Source: an uncultured Candidatus Saccharibacteria bacterium
Lineage (GTDB): Bacteria > Patescibacteriota > Minisyncoccia > Phycocordibacterales > PALSA-1337
Direction: 5' to 3'
Length of the DNA: 64,000 bases
Assembly (NCBI GenBank): GCA_964389975.1
Contig: CAYMGJ010000001.1
Location: forward strand, 22,240-86,239
Below are positions 8,744 through 19,805 of this stretch, one piece after another. The translations under genes and the position numbers were made by a program. Below the pieces are notes generated by a model, which was not told the origin of the DNA, searched no databases, and saw only the letters and a program-made list of their open reading frames with translations. Within the stretch, counting starts at the first letter, position 1, and every line of letters starts with the position of its first letter.

Positions 8744-10762
8744 ATGTCATTGTTTCAGATATCACAAGATATGGCACCTGCAGGTGATCAGCCAAAGGCT
8801 ATTAAAGGACTCACCGAAGGGCTCTCAAAGGGTTTGAAGAAACAAACTCTTTTTGGCGTTACAGGATCGGGTAAAACATTTACCATGGCAAATGTCATTG
8901 CACAGCATGGTAAACCAACTCTTGTGATCGCTCATAACAAAACTCTTGCTGCACAGCTTGCTCAAGAATATCGAGAGTTTTTTCCTCATAATGCTGTTCA
9001 CTATTTCGTCTCATATTATGACTACTATCAACCTGAAGCATATATGCCCGTCACGGATACGTATATAGAGAAGGAGGCAATGATTAATGAAGAAATTGAA
9101 CGTCTTCGCCATGCCTCAACCCAGGCTCTCCTTACAAGAAAAGATGTTATCATCGTTGCTTCAGTATCTTGTATTTATGGTCTTGGTTCTCCTGTTGAAT
9201 ATGAAAAAGTAAATTTAAAGCTTGGAAAGGGACTAGAAATCCCTCGTGCTGAACTGATTCGCAAGCTCATCGATATACATTTTGAACGAACAACAACTGA
9301 TCTAAGTGCTGGTCAGTTCAGAGCTCTTGGGAATATGATTGAAATTATGCCGGTTAATGAAAGAACAATCTATCGTATTGAGTACGAAGGTAGTGTCATT
9401 TCAGATATCATTGAACTTGATCCTGTTACCATGGCTGTGCGTACCACACATACTGTCATCTTCCTTTTTCCTGCAAAGCACTTCATTAGTACTGATGAGC
9501 AATCAAAGAAAGCGTTTGAGAGTATAAAGAAGGAATTGGAGGGACGATTAAAGGAATTGGAAAAGGCGGGTAAGAATCTTGAGGCTGAGCGTTTGAAACG
9601 TCGAGTGAAGTACGATCTCGCTCTCATTCGTGAAGTTGGGTATTGTAATGGTATTGAAAACTACTCACGTCATTTCTCTGGCAAGAAATCAGGAGAAGCA
9701 CCTGATACTCTTCTTTCATATTTCCCCCATAAGAAGGATGGCAGTCCTGATTTCCTTACCGTTATCGATGAATCTCATGTGTCCGTACCGCAATTGGGAG
9801 GTATGTTTGCTGGAGATGCATCACGTAAAGAGACTCTTGTAGAGTTTGGTTTTAGACTTCCTTCTGCAAAAGACAATCGACCATTGAAATTTGAAGAATT
9901 CGAAGAAAGGGTTGGACAAGTTATCTACACCACCGCTACACCAGGAAAGTTTGAGAAGGAGCATAGTGAAAATATTGTAGAACAGATCATTCGCCCTACA
10001 GGTCTCATTGATCCTGTCATTGAGGTACGACCTGTTGCGGAGAAGGGGACATATGTTGGTCAGATCTTTGACTTCATTGCTGAAGCTGAGAAAGTCATAC
10101 GCCAAGGCGATCGAGTTATCGCCACCACCCTTACCAAGAAAATGGCAGAAGATTTAAGTGAATTTCTTAAGGACAAGGGGATAAAGGCGGAATATTTGCA
10201 TAGTGATATTAAAACCATTGACCGTATTACCATCCTTACTGATTTTAGAAAGGGAAAATTTGATGTACTTGTAGGGGTTAATCTCCTACGAGAAGGACTT
10301 GATCTTCCTGAAGTTTCACTCATTGGGATTCTTGATGCAGACAAAGCTGGTTTTCTTCGTTCTGAAACCTCCCTCATTCAGATCATTGGACGTGCTGCAC
10401 GAAATATCAATGGACGTGTCATCCTCTATGCTGATGTTATGAATGATGCTCTTCGCTATGCGATGAGTGAGACAGAACGTCGTCGCAAGATTCAAATGGA
10501 TTACAATACCAAACATGGTATTACTCCAAAGACAATCATCAAGAAGATTCAAGATATTACCGATCAACTTAAAACCGATCATGATAAAGCAGTGGCAGAA
10601 TTGATGAGAATTGATGAAGACATGCTTAAGGTTAATCCAAAGAAACTCCTTAAAGACAAGGAACAACAGATGAATGAAGCTGTGAAGGTTCTTGATTTTG
10701 AAACTGCCGCTATTCTCCGTGATGAAATTACTGAAATCAAGAAGAGGGTAGACGTTGAATAG
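8744..10762 (+). CDS. uvrB: Excinuclease ABC subunit B
   Basis: GVTGSGKT, YYDYYQPEAY beta-hairpin, DESH, C-terminal UVR motif. Confidence 0.98.
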   Translation: MSLFQISQDMAPAGDQPKAIKGLTEGLSKGLKKQTLFGVTGSGKTFTMANVIAQHGKPTLVIAHNKTLAAQLAQEYREFFPHNAVHYFVSYYDYYQPEAYMPVTDTYIEKEAMINEEIERLRHASTQALLTRKDVIIVASVSCIYGLGSPVEYEKVNLKLGKGLEIPRAELIRKLIDIHFERTTTDLSAGQFRALGNMIEIMPVNERTIYRIEYEGSVISDIIELDPVTMAVRTTHTVIFLFPAKHFISTDEQSKKAFESIKKELEGRLKELEKAGKNLEAERLKRRVKYDLALIREVGYCNGIENYSRHFSGKKSGEAPDTLLSYFPHKKDGSPDFLTVIDESHVSVPQLGGMFAGDASRKETLVEFGFRLPSAKDNRPLKFEEFEERVGQVIYTTATPGKFEKEHSENIVEQIIRPTGLIDPVIEVRPVAEKGTYVGQIFDFIAEAEKVIRQGDRVIATTLTKKMAEDLSEFLKDKGIKAEYLHSDIKTIDRITILTDFRKGKFDVLVGVNLLREGLDLPEVSLIGILDADKAGFLRSETSLIQIIGRAARNINGRVILYADVMNDALRYAMSETERRRKIQMDYNTKHGITPKTIIKKIQDITDQLKTDHDKAVAELMRIDEDMLKVNPKKLLKDKEQQMNEAVKVLDFETAAILRDEITEIKKRVDVE

Positions 10763-10831
10763 TTTGTGTGGTATATATAGTTTTAGAGAAATAGTTTTCA
10801 AAAACAACAAAAACACAACACAAGGAAACGT

Positions 10832-11146
10832 ATGAACTTTAGTAGTTTGATTGCTCTTTATCGTCAGAACAGGGAGCGTTTAGAGGGCAAGATGGATTGG
10901 GCTGTATTTTATCAGGGAAATCTGTATGTACCTCTCTCGATCCCACCACATGTGACATCTCTAAATGACTCTCAGGCGGTATTGGATTATCTTTCATCCT
11001 GCTGGGGTACAAAGATTGATGCAAGTAGTGCTTCAGTTGGGTACGTGGAGGATACCCAAGGGTACTTCTGTTTCTCTCCGGGATCCAACTATCTACAATC
11101 CGATCATCGAATGTACATTCATTGGTCGAGGATTATCTGGGTATAA
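10832..11146 (+). CDS. Hypothetical protein (ORFan cassette)
   Basis: AAGGA SD. Followed by a hairpin at 11165-11195. Confidence 0.6.
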   Translation: MNFSSLIALYRQNRERLEGKMDWAVFYQGNLYVPLSIPPHVTSLNDSQAVLDYLSSCWGTKIDASSASVGYVEDTQGYFCFSPGSNYLQSDHRMYIHWSRIIWV

Positions 11147-11164
11147 GCTCATTCCGTTCAATCA

Positions 11165-11195
11165 CACCGCAAGGCTCACCACCTTGCGGTATTTC
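11165..11195 (+). terminator. Intrinsic terminator (ACCGCA family)
   Basis: ACCGCAAGG/CCTTGCGGT stem. Confidence 0.65.
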
Positions 11196-11246
11196 GTATG
11201 GTGGAAAACTAACCTTGCTTCACATGAGGTGTGATATAATAGTTGC

Positions 11247-12041
11247 ATGAAAGAAATTGTTCTCATTGCTTTAAGTGACACTACACTTGCAACCCATATC
11301 TCAGAAAATCTTGAAGAACATGGGTATGAAGTTGTTTTAGCAGAAGATGGTAATGATGCACTTACAAAGATGAGAGAACTTCTCCCTTCTCTCGTCCTCA
11401 TTGATACACACCTTACGGGCATGGATGGATATAGTGTTCTTCATGAGAAGAGTTTTGATAAACATATAACTAAAATTCCTGTCGTTATCATTTCAAACTC
11501 AGGAAATCCTGTTCAAATGCATCGTATTCCCTCAACACCTACCATTCGTGACTATATAATCAAGACACATATAGAACCAAGTGAAGTTCTTCAGAAGGTA
11601 AGTCTCATCATTGGTAATTCTTCAGGAAATGAACTCGATGCAAATTCAAAAGGAGAACCAGTTAAGGCATCGAAAGGGAAGATAATATTATGGGTAGAAG
11701 ATGATAATCTTCTCAGTAATATTTTGTCGAAAAAGTTTGAAAGTTCTGGATATGAACTCGTTAAAGCAAAGGATGGAGATGAAGCTCTTCGTAAAGTTGA
11801 TGCACACTCTCCTGACATTATCATTCTCGACATTCTCCTTCCTGGTATGACAGGTTTTGAAATACTTCAAAAAATACGCATGAAAGAACATCTTAAGAAA
11901 GTTCCTGTTATGATGCTTTCAAATATGAGTAAGGAGAGTGATATAGAGAAGGCAAAAACTCTTGGTGCTCAGAGATTTGTGGTAAAGGCTGCGGTATCTC
12001 TCGATGAGATAATACGAGAAGTAGAAGCACTCATACGGTAA
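11247..12041 (+). CDS. Response regulator with two receiver domains and no output domain
   Basis: REC1 (LVLIDTHL..MDG) and REC2 (VEDD, IILDILLPGMTG, K). Confidence 0.88.
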   Translation: MKEIVLIALSDTTLATHISENLEEHGYEVVLAEDGNDALTKMRELLPSLVLIDTHLTGMDGYSVLHEKSFDKHITKIPVVIISNSGNPVQMHRIPSTPTIRDYIIKTHIEPSEVLQKVSLIIGNSSGNELDANSKGEPVKASKGKIILWVEDDNLLSNILSKKFESSGYELVKAKDGDEALRKVDAHSPDIIILDILLPGMTGFEILQKIRMKEHLKKVPVMMLSNMSKESDIEKAKTLGAQRFVVKAAVSLDEIIREVEALIR

Positions 12042-12089
12042 TATCTTTACCCAGCTCTCATAATCTGGTATAGTTATAGCCATTTATAT

Positions 12090-14693
12090 ATGGCAAAACC
12101 CACAAAAAAAACATCACATGAATCTGAGAAGATCATTGTAAAAGGAGCTCGTACACATAATCTCAAGAATATAACGGTTGAGATGCCTCGCAATACCATG
12201 ATTGCCATTACTGGTCTCTCTGGATCAGGGAAATCTTCCCTTGCTTTTGATACCATTTTTGCTGAAGGACAGAGACGCTATGTTGAGTCTCTTTCTTCAT
12301 ATGCTCGTCAGTTCTTGAAGCAAATGCAAAAGCCTGATGTTGATGAGATTGTTGGACTATCTCCTGCCATTTCAATTGATCAGAAATCACGATCGAATAA
12401 CCCTCGATCAACCGTTGCAACAATTACTGAGATCTATGACTATCTCCGTATTCTCTTTGCTCGCGTAGGTAAACCTCATTGTCTTACCTGTGGTCGAGTC
12501 ATTCACCGTATTTCAAAGGAAGAAATACTCACCACCATACTTGGTCAAATATCTCTTCATACGAAAGGAGGAAAGAAAGTTATGGGTGTTGAACTCAATG
12601 AAGACAAGGTTCGTGTATATGCTCCTGTTATCGTTGGACGAAAAGGTGAATACTATCAACTTCTCTATGATCTTCTTGGTAAGGGATATGACAAGGTGAA
12701 GGTTGATGGAAAGGTTATGAGACTTCGAGAACAAATCATTCTCGACAAGAACAAGAAGCATGATATTGATGTGCTTGTTGATGAACTTTTCTTAAGTGAA
12801 TTTAAGGACAAGAAACAATCAGAAAATGCACGGGAACGTCTTTCTGAAGCTCTTGAGAAAGCAATTGAAGAAGCTCAGGGACTTATAAAAATAGAGTTTG
12901 AGCAGGGAGGTGAGATTGAGGAAAAACTCATGTCAATTAAGTTTATGTGTCCCTATGATGGTTTTTCATATCCTGAAATTGAACCTCGTCTCTTCTCTTT
13001 CAATTCTCCATATGGTGCTTGTGCTACGTGTAATGGACTTGGAACTCGAGAGTTCTTTAGTAACGAAGCATGTCCAACATGTAAGGGAGCACGTCTTCGT
13101 GATGAGGCTTTGTATGTAAAAATTGGTGAGAAGAATATTGTTGAAACAACTCATCTCTCAATTGAAAAGGCTCAAGCTTTCTTTGAAGAACTTGAATTGA
13201 CTGATACCGAAAGAGAGATTGCAAAAGTTGTTTTACGTGAGATTGAATCCCGACTCCAGTTTATGATCAATGTAGGTATTGATTACCTCACCCTTGATCG
13301 TCGGGCCCATACTCTCTCAGGTGGTGAAGCCCAGCGTATTCGTCTTGCTTCACAGCTTGGTAGTGGACTTGTTGGCGCACTCTATGTTCTTGATGAACCT
13401 ACCATCGGACTTCATCAGCGTGACAATGATCGCCTCATTAAGACCCTTACGTCTCTTCGAGACCTCGGTAATACCATTGTGGTTGTTGAACATGATGAGG
13501 ATACTATGTATGCCTCTGATTATATTATCGATATCGGTCCGGGAGCAGGGGTTCATGGAGGGAATGTGGTAGTTTCAGGATATCTTGAAGATCTCCTTAC
13601 CGCTAAGACAAATCCATCAAACTCTCTCACTCTCGCATATCTTCGAGGAGAGAAGAAGATTCAAATTCCTGAAAAACGTCGTGAACCTAAGGGAAAGATT
13701 ATGATCCGTGGAGGTAATATATTTAATATCAAAGACTTACATGCAGATATTCCTCTCGGATGTCTCAATGTCATTACAGGGGTATCAGGTTCAGGAAAAT
13801 CTTCTTTTATGTACGAGATTCTTCACAAGAATCTTCAGGCACGTCTCGAGTTTAGACATCGAACAGCTCAGGTATTCAATTGTGATTCATTTACAGGAAC
13901 TGAATATCTCGGAAGAACAATTCTCATTGATCAGAGTGCAATTGGAAGAACTCCACGATCAAATCCCGTAACATATACAGGCGCATGGCAGCATATACGA
14001 GATCTCTTTGCTGCATCTGCAGAAGCTCGTGCACATGGTTGGGGACCTGGACGTTTCTCATTTAATGTAAAGGGAGGACGCTGTGAAGCATGTCAGGGTA
14101 ATGGAGAAATTGCAGTTGAAATGCATTTCCTCCCTACTGTATATGTATCATGTGAGGTGTGTGGTGGAAAACGATTTACAAAAGAAACTCTTGAAGTTAA
14201 GTACAAGGGAAAGAATGTGCATGAAATTCTTCACCTTACCGTAGAAGAGGGTCTCGCATTTTTTGAAGATATTCCTGCAGTATATGATCGTCTCAAGACA
14301 CTTGAAGAAGTTGGACTTGGATATCTTAAACTCGGGCAATCAGCAACGACTCTTTCAGGTGGTGAGGCACAGCGTGTAAAGATATCATCTGAACTCTATC
14401 GAGCTCATCTTCAGAAAACTATATACCTTCTTGATGAACCTACCGTTGGTCTCCATTATGAAGATGTGCGTAAACTCATTGAAATTCTCGAGAGACTTGT
14501 ACAGAAGGGAAATACTGTTGTTGTCATTGAGCACAATCTTGATCTCATTAAATGTGCTGATTATGTTATCGATATCGGACCTCTTGGCGGTGAGAAAGGT
14601 GGTAAGATTGTAGCAAAGGGTACTCCTGAAGATGTTGCTCGGAATGAAAAATCATTTACAGGAATGTATCTCAAGAAAATTTTGAAGAAATAG
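12090..14693 (+). CDS. uvrA: Excinuclease ABC subunit A (compact)
   Basis: Two Walker A motifs ([16 protein letters not shown]), LSGGEAQR twice, CxxC zinc modules. Confidence 0.98.
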   Translation: MAKPTKKTSHESEKIIVKGARTHNLKNITVEMPRNTMIAITGLSGSGKSSLAFDTIFAEGQRRYVESLSSYARQFLKQMQKPDVDEIVGLSPAISIDQKSRSNNPRSTVATITEIYDYLRILFARVGKPHCLTCGRVIHRISKEEILTTILGQISLHTKGGKKVMGVELNEDKVRVYAPVIVGRKGEYYQLLYDLLGKGYDKVKVDGKVMRLREQIILDKNKKHDIDVLVDELFLSEFKDKKQSENARERLSEALEKAIEEAQGLIKIEFEQGGEIEEKLMSIKFMCPYDGFSYPEIEPRLFSFNSPYGACATCNGLGTREFFSNEACPTCKGARLRDEALYVKIGEKNIVETTHLSIEKAQAFFEELELTDTEREIAKVVLREIESRLQFMINVGIDYLTLDRRAHTLSGGEAQRIRLASQLGSGLVGALYVLDEPTIGLHQRDNDRLIKTLTSLRDLGNTIVVVEHDEDTMYASDYIIDIGPGAGVHGGNVVVSGYLEDLLTAKTNPSNSLTLAYLRGEKKIQIPEKRREPKGKIMIRGGNIFNIKDLHADIPLGCLNVITGVSGSGKSSFMYEILHKNLQARLEFRHRTAQVFNCDSFTGTEYLGRTILIDQSAIGRTPRSNPVTYTGAWQHIRDLFAASAEARAHGWGPGRFSFNVKGGRCEACQGNGEIAVEMHFLPTVYVSCEVCGGKRFTKETLEVKYKGKNVHEILHLTVEEGLAFFEDIPAVYDRLKTLEEVGLGYLKLGQSATTLSGGEAQRVKISSELYRAHLQKTIYLLDEPTVGLHYEDVRKLIEILERLVQKGNTVVVIEHNLDLIKCADYVIDIGPLGGEKGGKIVAKGTPEDVARNEKSFTGMYLKKILKK

Positions 14694-14695
14694 GT

Positions 14696-15901
14696 ATGAA
14701 GAAGAGTGAACTTACACATCTCCCCCAAGCTCCGGGAGTATATTTCTTTCGAGATGCAGACAACAATATTCTGTATATTGGACGTGCAACCTCACTTAAG
14801 GATCGTGTTTTAAGCTACTTCTCATCTGATCTCATAGTAACTCGAGGTCCACTCCTTGTTGATATGGTGACAAAGGCCCACACGGTGACCTCTGTACAAA
14901 CCGATTCAGTTCTTGAAGCCATTATCATGGAAAGTCGGGAGATAAAGAGATGGTTACCATATTACAATACTAAAGAGAAGGATAATCGAAGCTATAACTT
15001 TGTTGTCATTACTGATGAAGATTTCCCTCGTGTTGTCATTGTTCGAGGCAGGGAATTAGACAAGCTCAATGAGGAGGAATTAAAGTTCAAGGTTAAGTAT
15101 CAATTTGGTCCATTTCCTCAGGGGAATCTCTTGAAAGATGCGCTTAAGATATTACGTAAAATATTTCCTTTTCGTGATGAAAAGGCTCGCATACCTCATC
15201 AAAACTCTTTCTATCAATCCCTCGGACTTGCCCCTAAGACTGATACTCTAGAGGATCAGAAGAAGTATGCCCTTACCATACGTAATCTCGTACTCTTCTT
15301 TGAGGGAAAGAAGCAGGAATTGATTACTACTCTCGAGAAAGATATGAATACATATGCAGATAATCAAGAGTTTGAAGAAGCTCAGCGTGTAAGGAACACC
15401 TTGTATGCATTGACTCATATTCAGGATGTTTCGCTCATTAAAGAAGATACTCCTCGTGGTCGGGAAGGATTTCGCATTGAGGCATATGATATTGCTCATA
15501 TGGCTGGTAAAAGTACGGTAGGGGTTATGACGGTTGTCACGGGAGGAGAACCTGAGAAGAGTCAGTACAAGAAGTTTAAGATATCAAAAGATGTGAATGA
15601 TGATGTCGGGGCTCTCAGAGAAGTACTTACCCGACGCTTCTCTCATCCAGAATGGAGATTTCCTGATCTCATTGTTATCGATGGTGGTGTGTCTCAGAAA
15701 AATGCTGCAGAAAGTATTGTACATGGTATACCTCTCGTAACAGTGGTAAAGAATGATGCTCATAAGCCTGATCATTTCTTGGGAGATGAATCTATGATAC
15801 GTGATCATGGACCTGCAATATTGCTTGCAAACTATGAAGCTCATCGTTTTGCCATCGCATATCACAAGAAACTTAGAAGCAAGAAATTTTTTGGTGTATA
15901 A
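14696..15901 (+). CDS. uvrC: UvrC-like excinuclease (GIY-YIG, UVR, RNase H-like; no HhH)
   Basis: PGVY..LYIGRA, FEEA, IEAYDIAH, PDLIVIDGG, EAHRFA. Confidence 0.88.
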   Translation: MKKSELTHLPQAPGVYFFRDADNNILYIGRATSLKDRVLSYFSSDLIVTRGPLLVDMVTKAHTVTSVQTDSVLEAIIMESREIKRWLPYYNTKEKDNRSYNFVVITDEDFPRVVIVRGRELDKLNEEELKFKVKYQFGPFPQGNLLKDALKILRKIFPFRDEKARIPHQNSFYQSLGLAPKTDTLEDQKKYALTIRNLVLFFEGKKQELITTLEKDMNTYADNQEFEEAQRVRNTLYALTHIQDVSLIKEDTPRGREGFRIEAYDIAHMAGKSTVGVMTVVTGGEPEKSQYKKFKISKDVNDDVGALREVLTRRFSHPEWRFPDLIVIDGGVSQKNAAESIVHGIPLVTVVKNDAHKPDHFLGDESMIRDHGPAILLANYEAHRFAIAYHKKLRSKKFFGV

Positions 15902-15909
15902 TATACCTC

Positions 15910-16878
15910 ATGCATACAGTACGTGTTGGAGTTTTACGTGGAGGTCCAAGTGATGAATATGAAGTCTCACTTCAAACAGGTGCGACTGTTTTGAAACATA
16001 TACCACAGTCGAAATATACTGTTCGAGATATTCTTGTTGATAAGCAGGGTATATGGCATGTTGCTGGTGTACCCACACTACCTCACGAAGCACTCAATCA
16101 TGTTGATGTTGTGTTCAATGCTCTCCATGGATATTACGGTGAAGATGGAAAGGTGCAACATATACTCGAGACTCATAAGATTCCTTTTACAGGGTCCACA
16201 TCCATACCTTCAAGTATTGGTATGAACAAGGTTATGAGCAAGGAGGTGTTCAAGAATGCAGGTATTAAGTCACCTCTTCATAAGGTTGTGACCATTTCAT
16301 CATTGAATGAAGATGAGATATATACTCTTTTCAAAACATTTACATTACCTTTCATTGTAAAACCAGCTTCAAGTGGTTCATCTGTGGGTGTTTCTGTTGT
16401 AAGGGATTTTGAATCATTTCCTCTCGCTCTTGAAAAGGCTTTTCAATATGATGATGCTGTACTTGTAGAAGAGTATATATCAGGAAGGGAAGCAACATGT
16501 GGAGTGATTGATGGATATCGAGATCATGATATATATGTCTTACCTCCAATTGAAATACGTACACCTAAGGGGCATTTCTTTGATTTTGATTTGAAATACA
16601 AGGGTGGTATTGAAGAAATTGTACCAGGCAATTTTACTGAACATGAGAAAAAGGAATTAGAGAGAATGGCTAAGGAGGCGCATAAGGCTCTCGGTTTGCG
16701 AGACTATTCTCGATCAGATTTCATCATACATCCACGACGGGGAATATTCATTCTTGAAACAAATACCTTACCAGGACTTACTGAATCATCCCTTATCCCA
16801 AAAGCATTACATGCTGTTGGTGCACCTCTCCATCATTTTATCGATCATATTCTTGAGCTTGCATTACAGCGAAAATGA
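15910..16878 (+). CDS. ddl: D-alanine--D-alanine ligase
   Basis: GGPSDEYEVS, LHGYYGEDG, GSSVG, ETNTLPG. Confidence 0.95.
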   Translation: MHTVRVGVLRGGPSDEYEVSLQTGATVLKHIPQSKYTVRDILVDKQGIWHVAGVPTLPHEALNHVDVVFNALHGYYGEDGKVQHILETHKIPFTGSTSIPSSIGMNKVMSKEVFKNAGIKSPLHKVVTISSLNEDEIYTLFKTFTLPFIVKPASSGSSVGVSVVRDFESFPLALEKAFQYDDAVLVEEYISGREATCGVIDGYRDHDIYVLPPIEIRTPKGHFFDFDLKYKGGIEEIVPGNFTEHEKKELERMAKEAHKALGLRDYSRSDFIIHPRRGIFILETNTLPGLTESSLIPKALHAVGAPLHHFIDHILELALQRK

Positions 16879-16905
16879 GGTAGAATGATTCAATTGAAAA
16901 ATATT

Positions 16906-16978
16906 GGGCCCGTAGCTCAGTTGGTAGAGCAATCGCTTTGCAAGCGAAAGGTCAGGAGTTCGAATCTCCTCGGGTCCA
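16906..16978 (+). tRNA. tRNA-Ala (TGC)
   Basis: GGGCCCG/CGGGTCC acceptor stem with G3:U70, D-arm GCTC/GAGC, anticodon loop TT-TGC-AA, T-loop TTCGAAT. CCA not encoded. Confidence 0.95.
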
Positions 16979-16984
16979 CAACTA

Positions 16985-17013
16985 TTGATTACAATATATA
17001 ATTGTGGTATAAA
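16985..17013 (+). promoter_or_regulatory. Sigma70-type promoter of the first island cassette
   Basis: TTGATT-17 bp-TATAAA with an extended TG. Confidence 0.55.
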
Positions 17014-17153
17014 ATATCACAGTTCTTTTATATTATCTACAGGATAGTCATAGCCAAAAGATCTTAATGAATTGAGGTTTGTTGGCTATGACTACCCGCA
17101 CTTTGTGGATGTCCTCTAGTATAAACAAGCGAAAACCAAAAGGAAAAAACGCT

Positions 17154-17654
17154 ATGTACTGTAAACAAACAGGAAAACTGCTTGCGCGTGTGGCAGAGTC
17201 TATGCCTCACATGCATTCAGATGCGATGCGACAATGGATCGATAATCCATTAGGACTACAAAGAGTTCTCAAGAGGGCTTTAAATCCTTCTGCGATCATC
17301 CGACCGGCAAATGTGTCGGTTTGGAAAACCAGTTTAGCAAAGGGTGACTTTGCTGCAGTGACGCCCGCACAGCTTGGCTTCGCAAATGGGAATGTGACGG
17401 CTGGAGAGATTTGCGATCGAGCGATTGAAATCAGCTTAGAATATTGCACTAGAGGATCTTTTAATCAGTTGCCAGTACAGGAAGTGAACAACGGTTTGAT
17501 CGTGCTGTTCGAGCCCGTGAGTCCATACGCAAGTCATTGTGGTTATATCGAGTTTTACAAAGGTGAAGAAAACCGCTCGATTAGCGGTCAGTTGAATCTA
17601 AACGAAACTCGGTCTGGCAAAGTTCGCTGGCTCTTCCTCATACCCCCAAAGTAA
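17154..17654 (+). CDS. Hypothetical protein (island cassette 1)
   Basis: AAAGGA SD before ATG 17154. Terminator at 17692-17721. Confidence 0.65.
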   Translation: MYCKQTGKLLARVAESMPHMHSDAMRQWIDNPLGLQRVLKRALNPSAIIRPANVSVWKTSLAKGDFAAVTPAQLGFANGNVTAGEICDRAIEISLEYCTRGSFNQLPVQEVNNGLIVLFEPVSPYASHCGYIEFYKGEENRSISGQLNLNETRSGKVRWLFLIPPK

Positions 17655-17691
17655 AGTTAAATGCTTTTACGATATTTGGTGACCAAATCCT

Positions 17692-17721
17692 ACCCCAAGC
17701 AAGTTCGTTGCTTGGGGTTTT
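17692..17721 (+). terminator. Intrinsic terminator (CCCC-AGC family)
   Basis: ACCCCAAGCAA/TTGCTTGGGGT followed by TTT. Confidence 0.75.
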
Positions 17722-17827
17722 GTGTTTTCATATCACCACTCAAATACTTCAAAATATTTCTCAAAATTCCGCATTTGTAAGGGTGAAATGCGAACAACCG
17801 CAGAGTCACATCTGTGGTTTGTCTTTT

Positions 17828-17922
17828 TTATTTCAAAATTTCTTTTAAATACCACACCCCTTCACAAACTGGTTTTAGAAAAGTTAAACTGAGATCCATC
17901 CACAGAAATAGCCCTATAAATA
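17828..17922. repeat. 95-bp intergenic direct repeat, copy 1
   Basis: Matches 19441-19535 with 3 mismatches by manual comparison. Confidence 0.92.
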
Positions 17923-18097
17923 GGCAAGAGTTGAAACTAACAAGTGATTGCCGGGTTTTTTGAATCTAGGAGAGGTTCGAATTGAAATATTTACAATTAT
18001 TATAATTTATGTTATTATCTAGTCAGAACCGCACCTTGAAAGATGTCGGTTTTTTTCAATTTTCCACAACAATCAACAATCCAAATAGGAGGACCTT

Positions 18098-19270
18098 ATG
18101 TCTCAAAAAAATCAAAACTTTGGAGAGCCTATAGACCGGCTTCTTCGTAGTTACGAAGTTACTATGCAGTTTCTCTCTTTCGTGATTGAAATCTTCACAA
18201 AAGGACAGACAGGTCAGTTTGCTGATCCTTTCTGGAATCGGATCTTAAAAGGTCCAGTCACACATTGGCAAAGTTTTCGAAATTCTTTGCTTAAAGTGCA
18301 CACTGATGGATTTGACGTTGAAAAATACGTTGGACCAACACACAATAGTCATCCTCAAAGTATGAAGGAGTTCGAGTTCACCCAACCACGCTTGGTGGCA
18401 ATGCGTGTTGCTGAGTGGACAAAATCCTCTCGCAGAGTTTACCGTGTGCCAAAGGACCTTCAGTTGCTTTTGGCAGCCACAAGCCTTCAAGGTATCGACT
18501 GGTCAATGATCAAATGGCCTTTCGACTCGTTACTCATCTCTCTCGAGGAGCCACTGGTTTTTGGAGGGAAGACAATCGATGCGATCTTGATTGCCAAAGA
18601 AATTGTTCATGGTCATGAAGTCATGGCTATTGAAACTATTGCTACCGACTTGCCAACTATGGAGTCGGTGTTCATTGGCGATCAGCGTTCGAGGATTAAA
18701 AAAGCAATCCAAAAGGGCGACAAGGTTTCACTGGATTATGCAAAAGAAAAACTTGCATCCGCCGTCAAGAACCGTATGAATGGAGGTGGCAAAATATGGC
18801 TGACAAAAAAAGCCTGTTTTGAACCCGGAGGATTCGCTTCGAAATTTGAAGAACTTGATCTCGGAAAGGCAGATGAAACCTCGGCTTCAAAGGTGATCTT
18901 CAGGATCGTCTTTGGGTTGATGCTCTATCTACAGTCTCGTCCAACAAAGGAACTCATTCCAAAAGGATGGGAGCTGTCAACGTTTGAACGGCGAGAGGGT
19001 CCGAGTCGTGTAATCAGACTTGCATCGGAGGTTTGTGTGGTAAAAAGCATCTACTCACTGACTAGTGCAGAACGAGAGGTGCTTGAGCCAATTCTTCGTG
19101 GTGGTTATGTGGAGATTGCTCCGCATCACCGTGAAGGTCACTGGCGTCGTCCTCCCGGAAAAGGAGATGACCCTAATCATCCAAAGACTGTGTGGGTCTG
19201 TCCGACAATCGTGAGGCGTGACAAACTTGCTGATGGAGGATTGCCTCTTGGAAGCACTGAAGTCGTCTGA
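18098..19270 (+). CDS. Hypothetical protein with a C-terminal PHxRxGHWR motif (island cassette 2)
   Basis: AGGAGG SD at 18087-18092. C-terminal APHHREGHWRR...VWVCP. Confidence 0.8.
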   Translation: MSQKNQNFGEPIDRLLRSYEVTMQFLSFVIEIFTKGQTGQFADPFWNRILKGPVTHWQSFRNSLLKVHTDGFDVEKYVGPTHNSHPQSMKEFEFTQPRLVAMRVAEWTKSSRRVYRVPKDLQLLLAATSLQGIDWSMIKWPFDSLLISLEEPLVFGGKTIDAILIAKEIVHGHEVMAIETIATDLPTMESVFIGDQRSRIKKAIQKGDKVSLDYAKEKLASAVKNRMNGGGKIWLTKKACFEPGGFASKFEELDLGKADETSASKVIFRIVFGLMLYLQSRPTKELIPKGWELSTFERREGPSRVIRLASEVCVVKSIYSLTSAEREVLEPILRGGYVEIAPHHREGHWRRPPGKGDDPNHPKTVWVCPTIVRRDKLADGGLPLGSTEVV

Positions 19271-19440
19271 CATCATTCAGTCACAATATTAACAAGCCCC
19301 TTCCATGTTCAATCCGTGGTTGAGGGCTTTTTTAGTTCACGAAAATAAACAAGACCAGATATTGAAACCCCTCGACTGCTTCACAAGCTCCCCGTTACCC
19401 TTGACGAGGTCATTCAGCAACTTGGCGATCTTGTTAATTA

Positions 19441-19535
19441 TTATTTCAAAATTTCTTTTAAATACCACACCACTTCACAAACTGGTTTTAGAAAAGTTAA
19501 ACTGAGATCTATCCACAGAAATAGCCCTAGAAATA
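19441..19535. repeat. 95-bp intergenic direct repeat, copy 2
   Basis: Matches 17828-17922. Confidence 0.92.
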
Positions 19536-19561
19536 AGGGTTATTTTGATATTTAACAAGTA

Positions 19562-19591
19562 TTGACAAATAGATATTTAGTATGCTATAAT
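19562..19591 (+). promoter_or_regulatory. Near-consensus sigma70 promoter
   Basis: TTGACA-18 bp-TATAAT with an extended TG. Confidence 0.75.
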
Positions 19592-19646
19592 ATAAACAAT
19601 CAAGTTAGATCATTGAAAATTAAATAGTGAAAGTTAGAAGATTGGC

Positions 19647-19802
19647 TTGTTCCAGTTGGAGTAGTATCTTGCATACCTAACCTCTTGTGGGGATTAGGTG
19701 TTCAAGAAAACTGCTCCGACAGAAAACAATGGAGCGGGTCAGTCACATGGGTGGGATCATCCCGCATTGTGAGCTAGTCCGCGAGACTGCAGAAAGCCTG
19801 CA
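19647..19802 (+). ncRNA. Structured 5' leader RNA (candidate cis-regulatory element)
   Basis: Three consecutive hairpins with G-U pairs that favour the + strand (see findings). Confidence 0.5.
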
Positions 19803-19805
19803 TAT

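Noticed and set aside
17828-19535. CRISPR array or integron attC sites
   Set aside because: Only two long repeats 1.6 kb apart, with no RYYYAAC/GTTRRRY palindromic ends and no cas or intI gene in the window.
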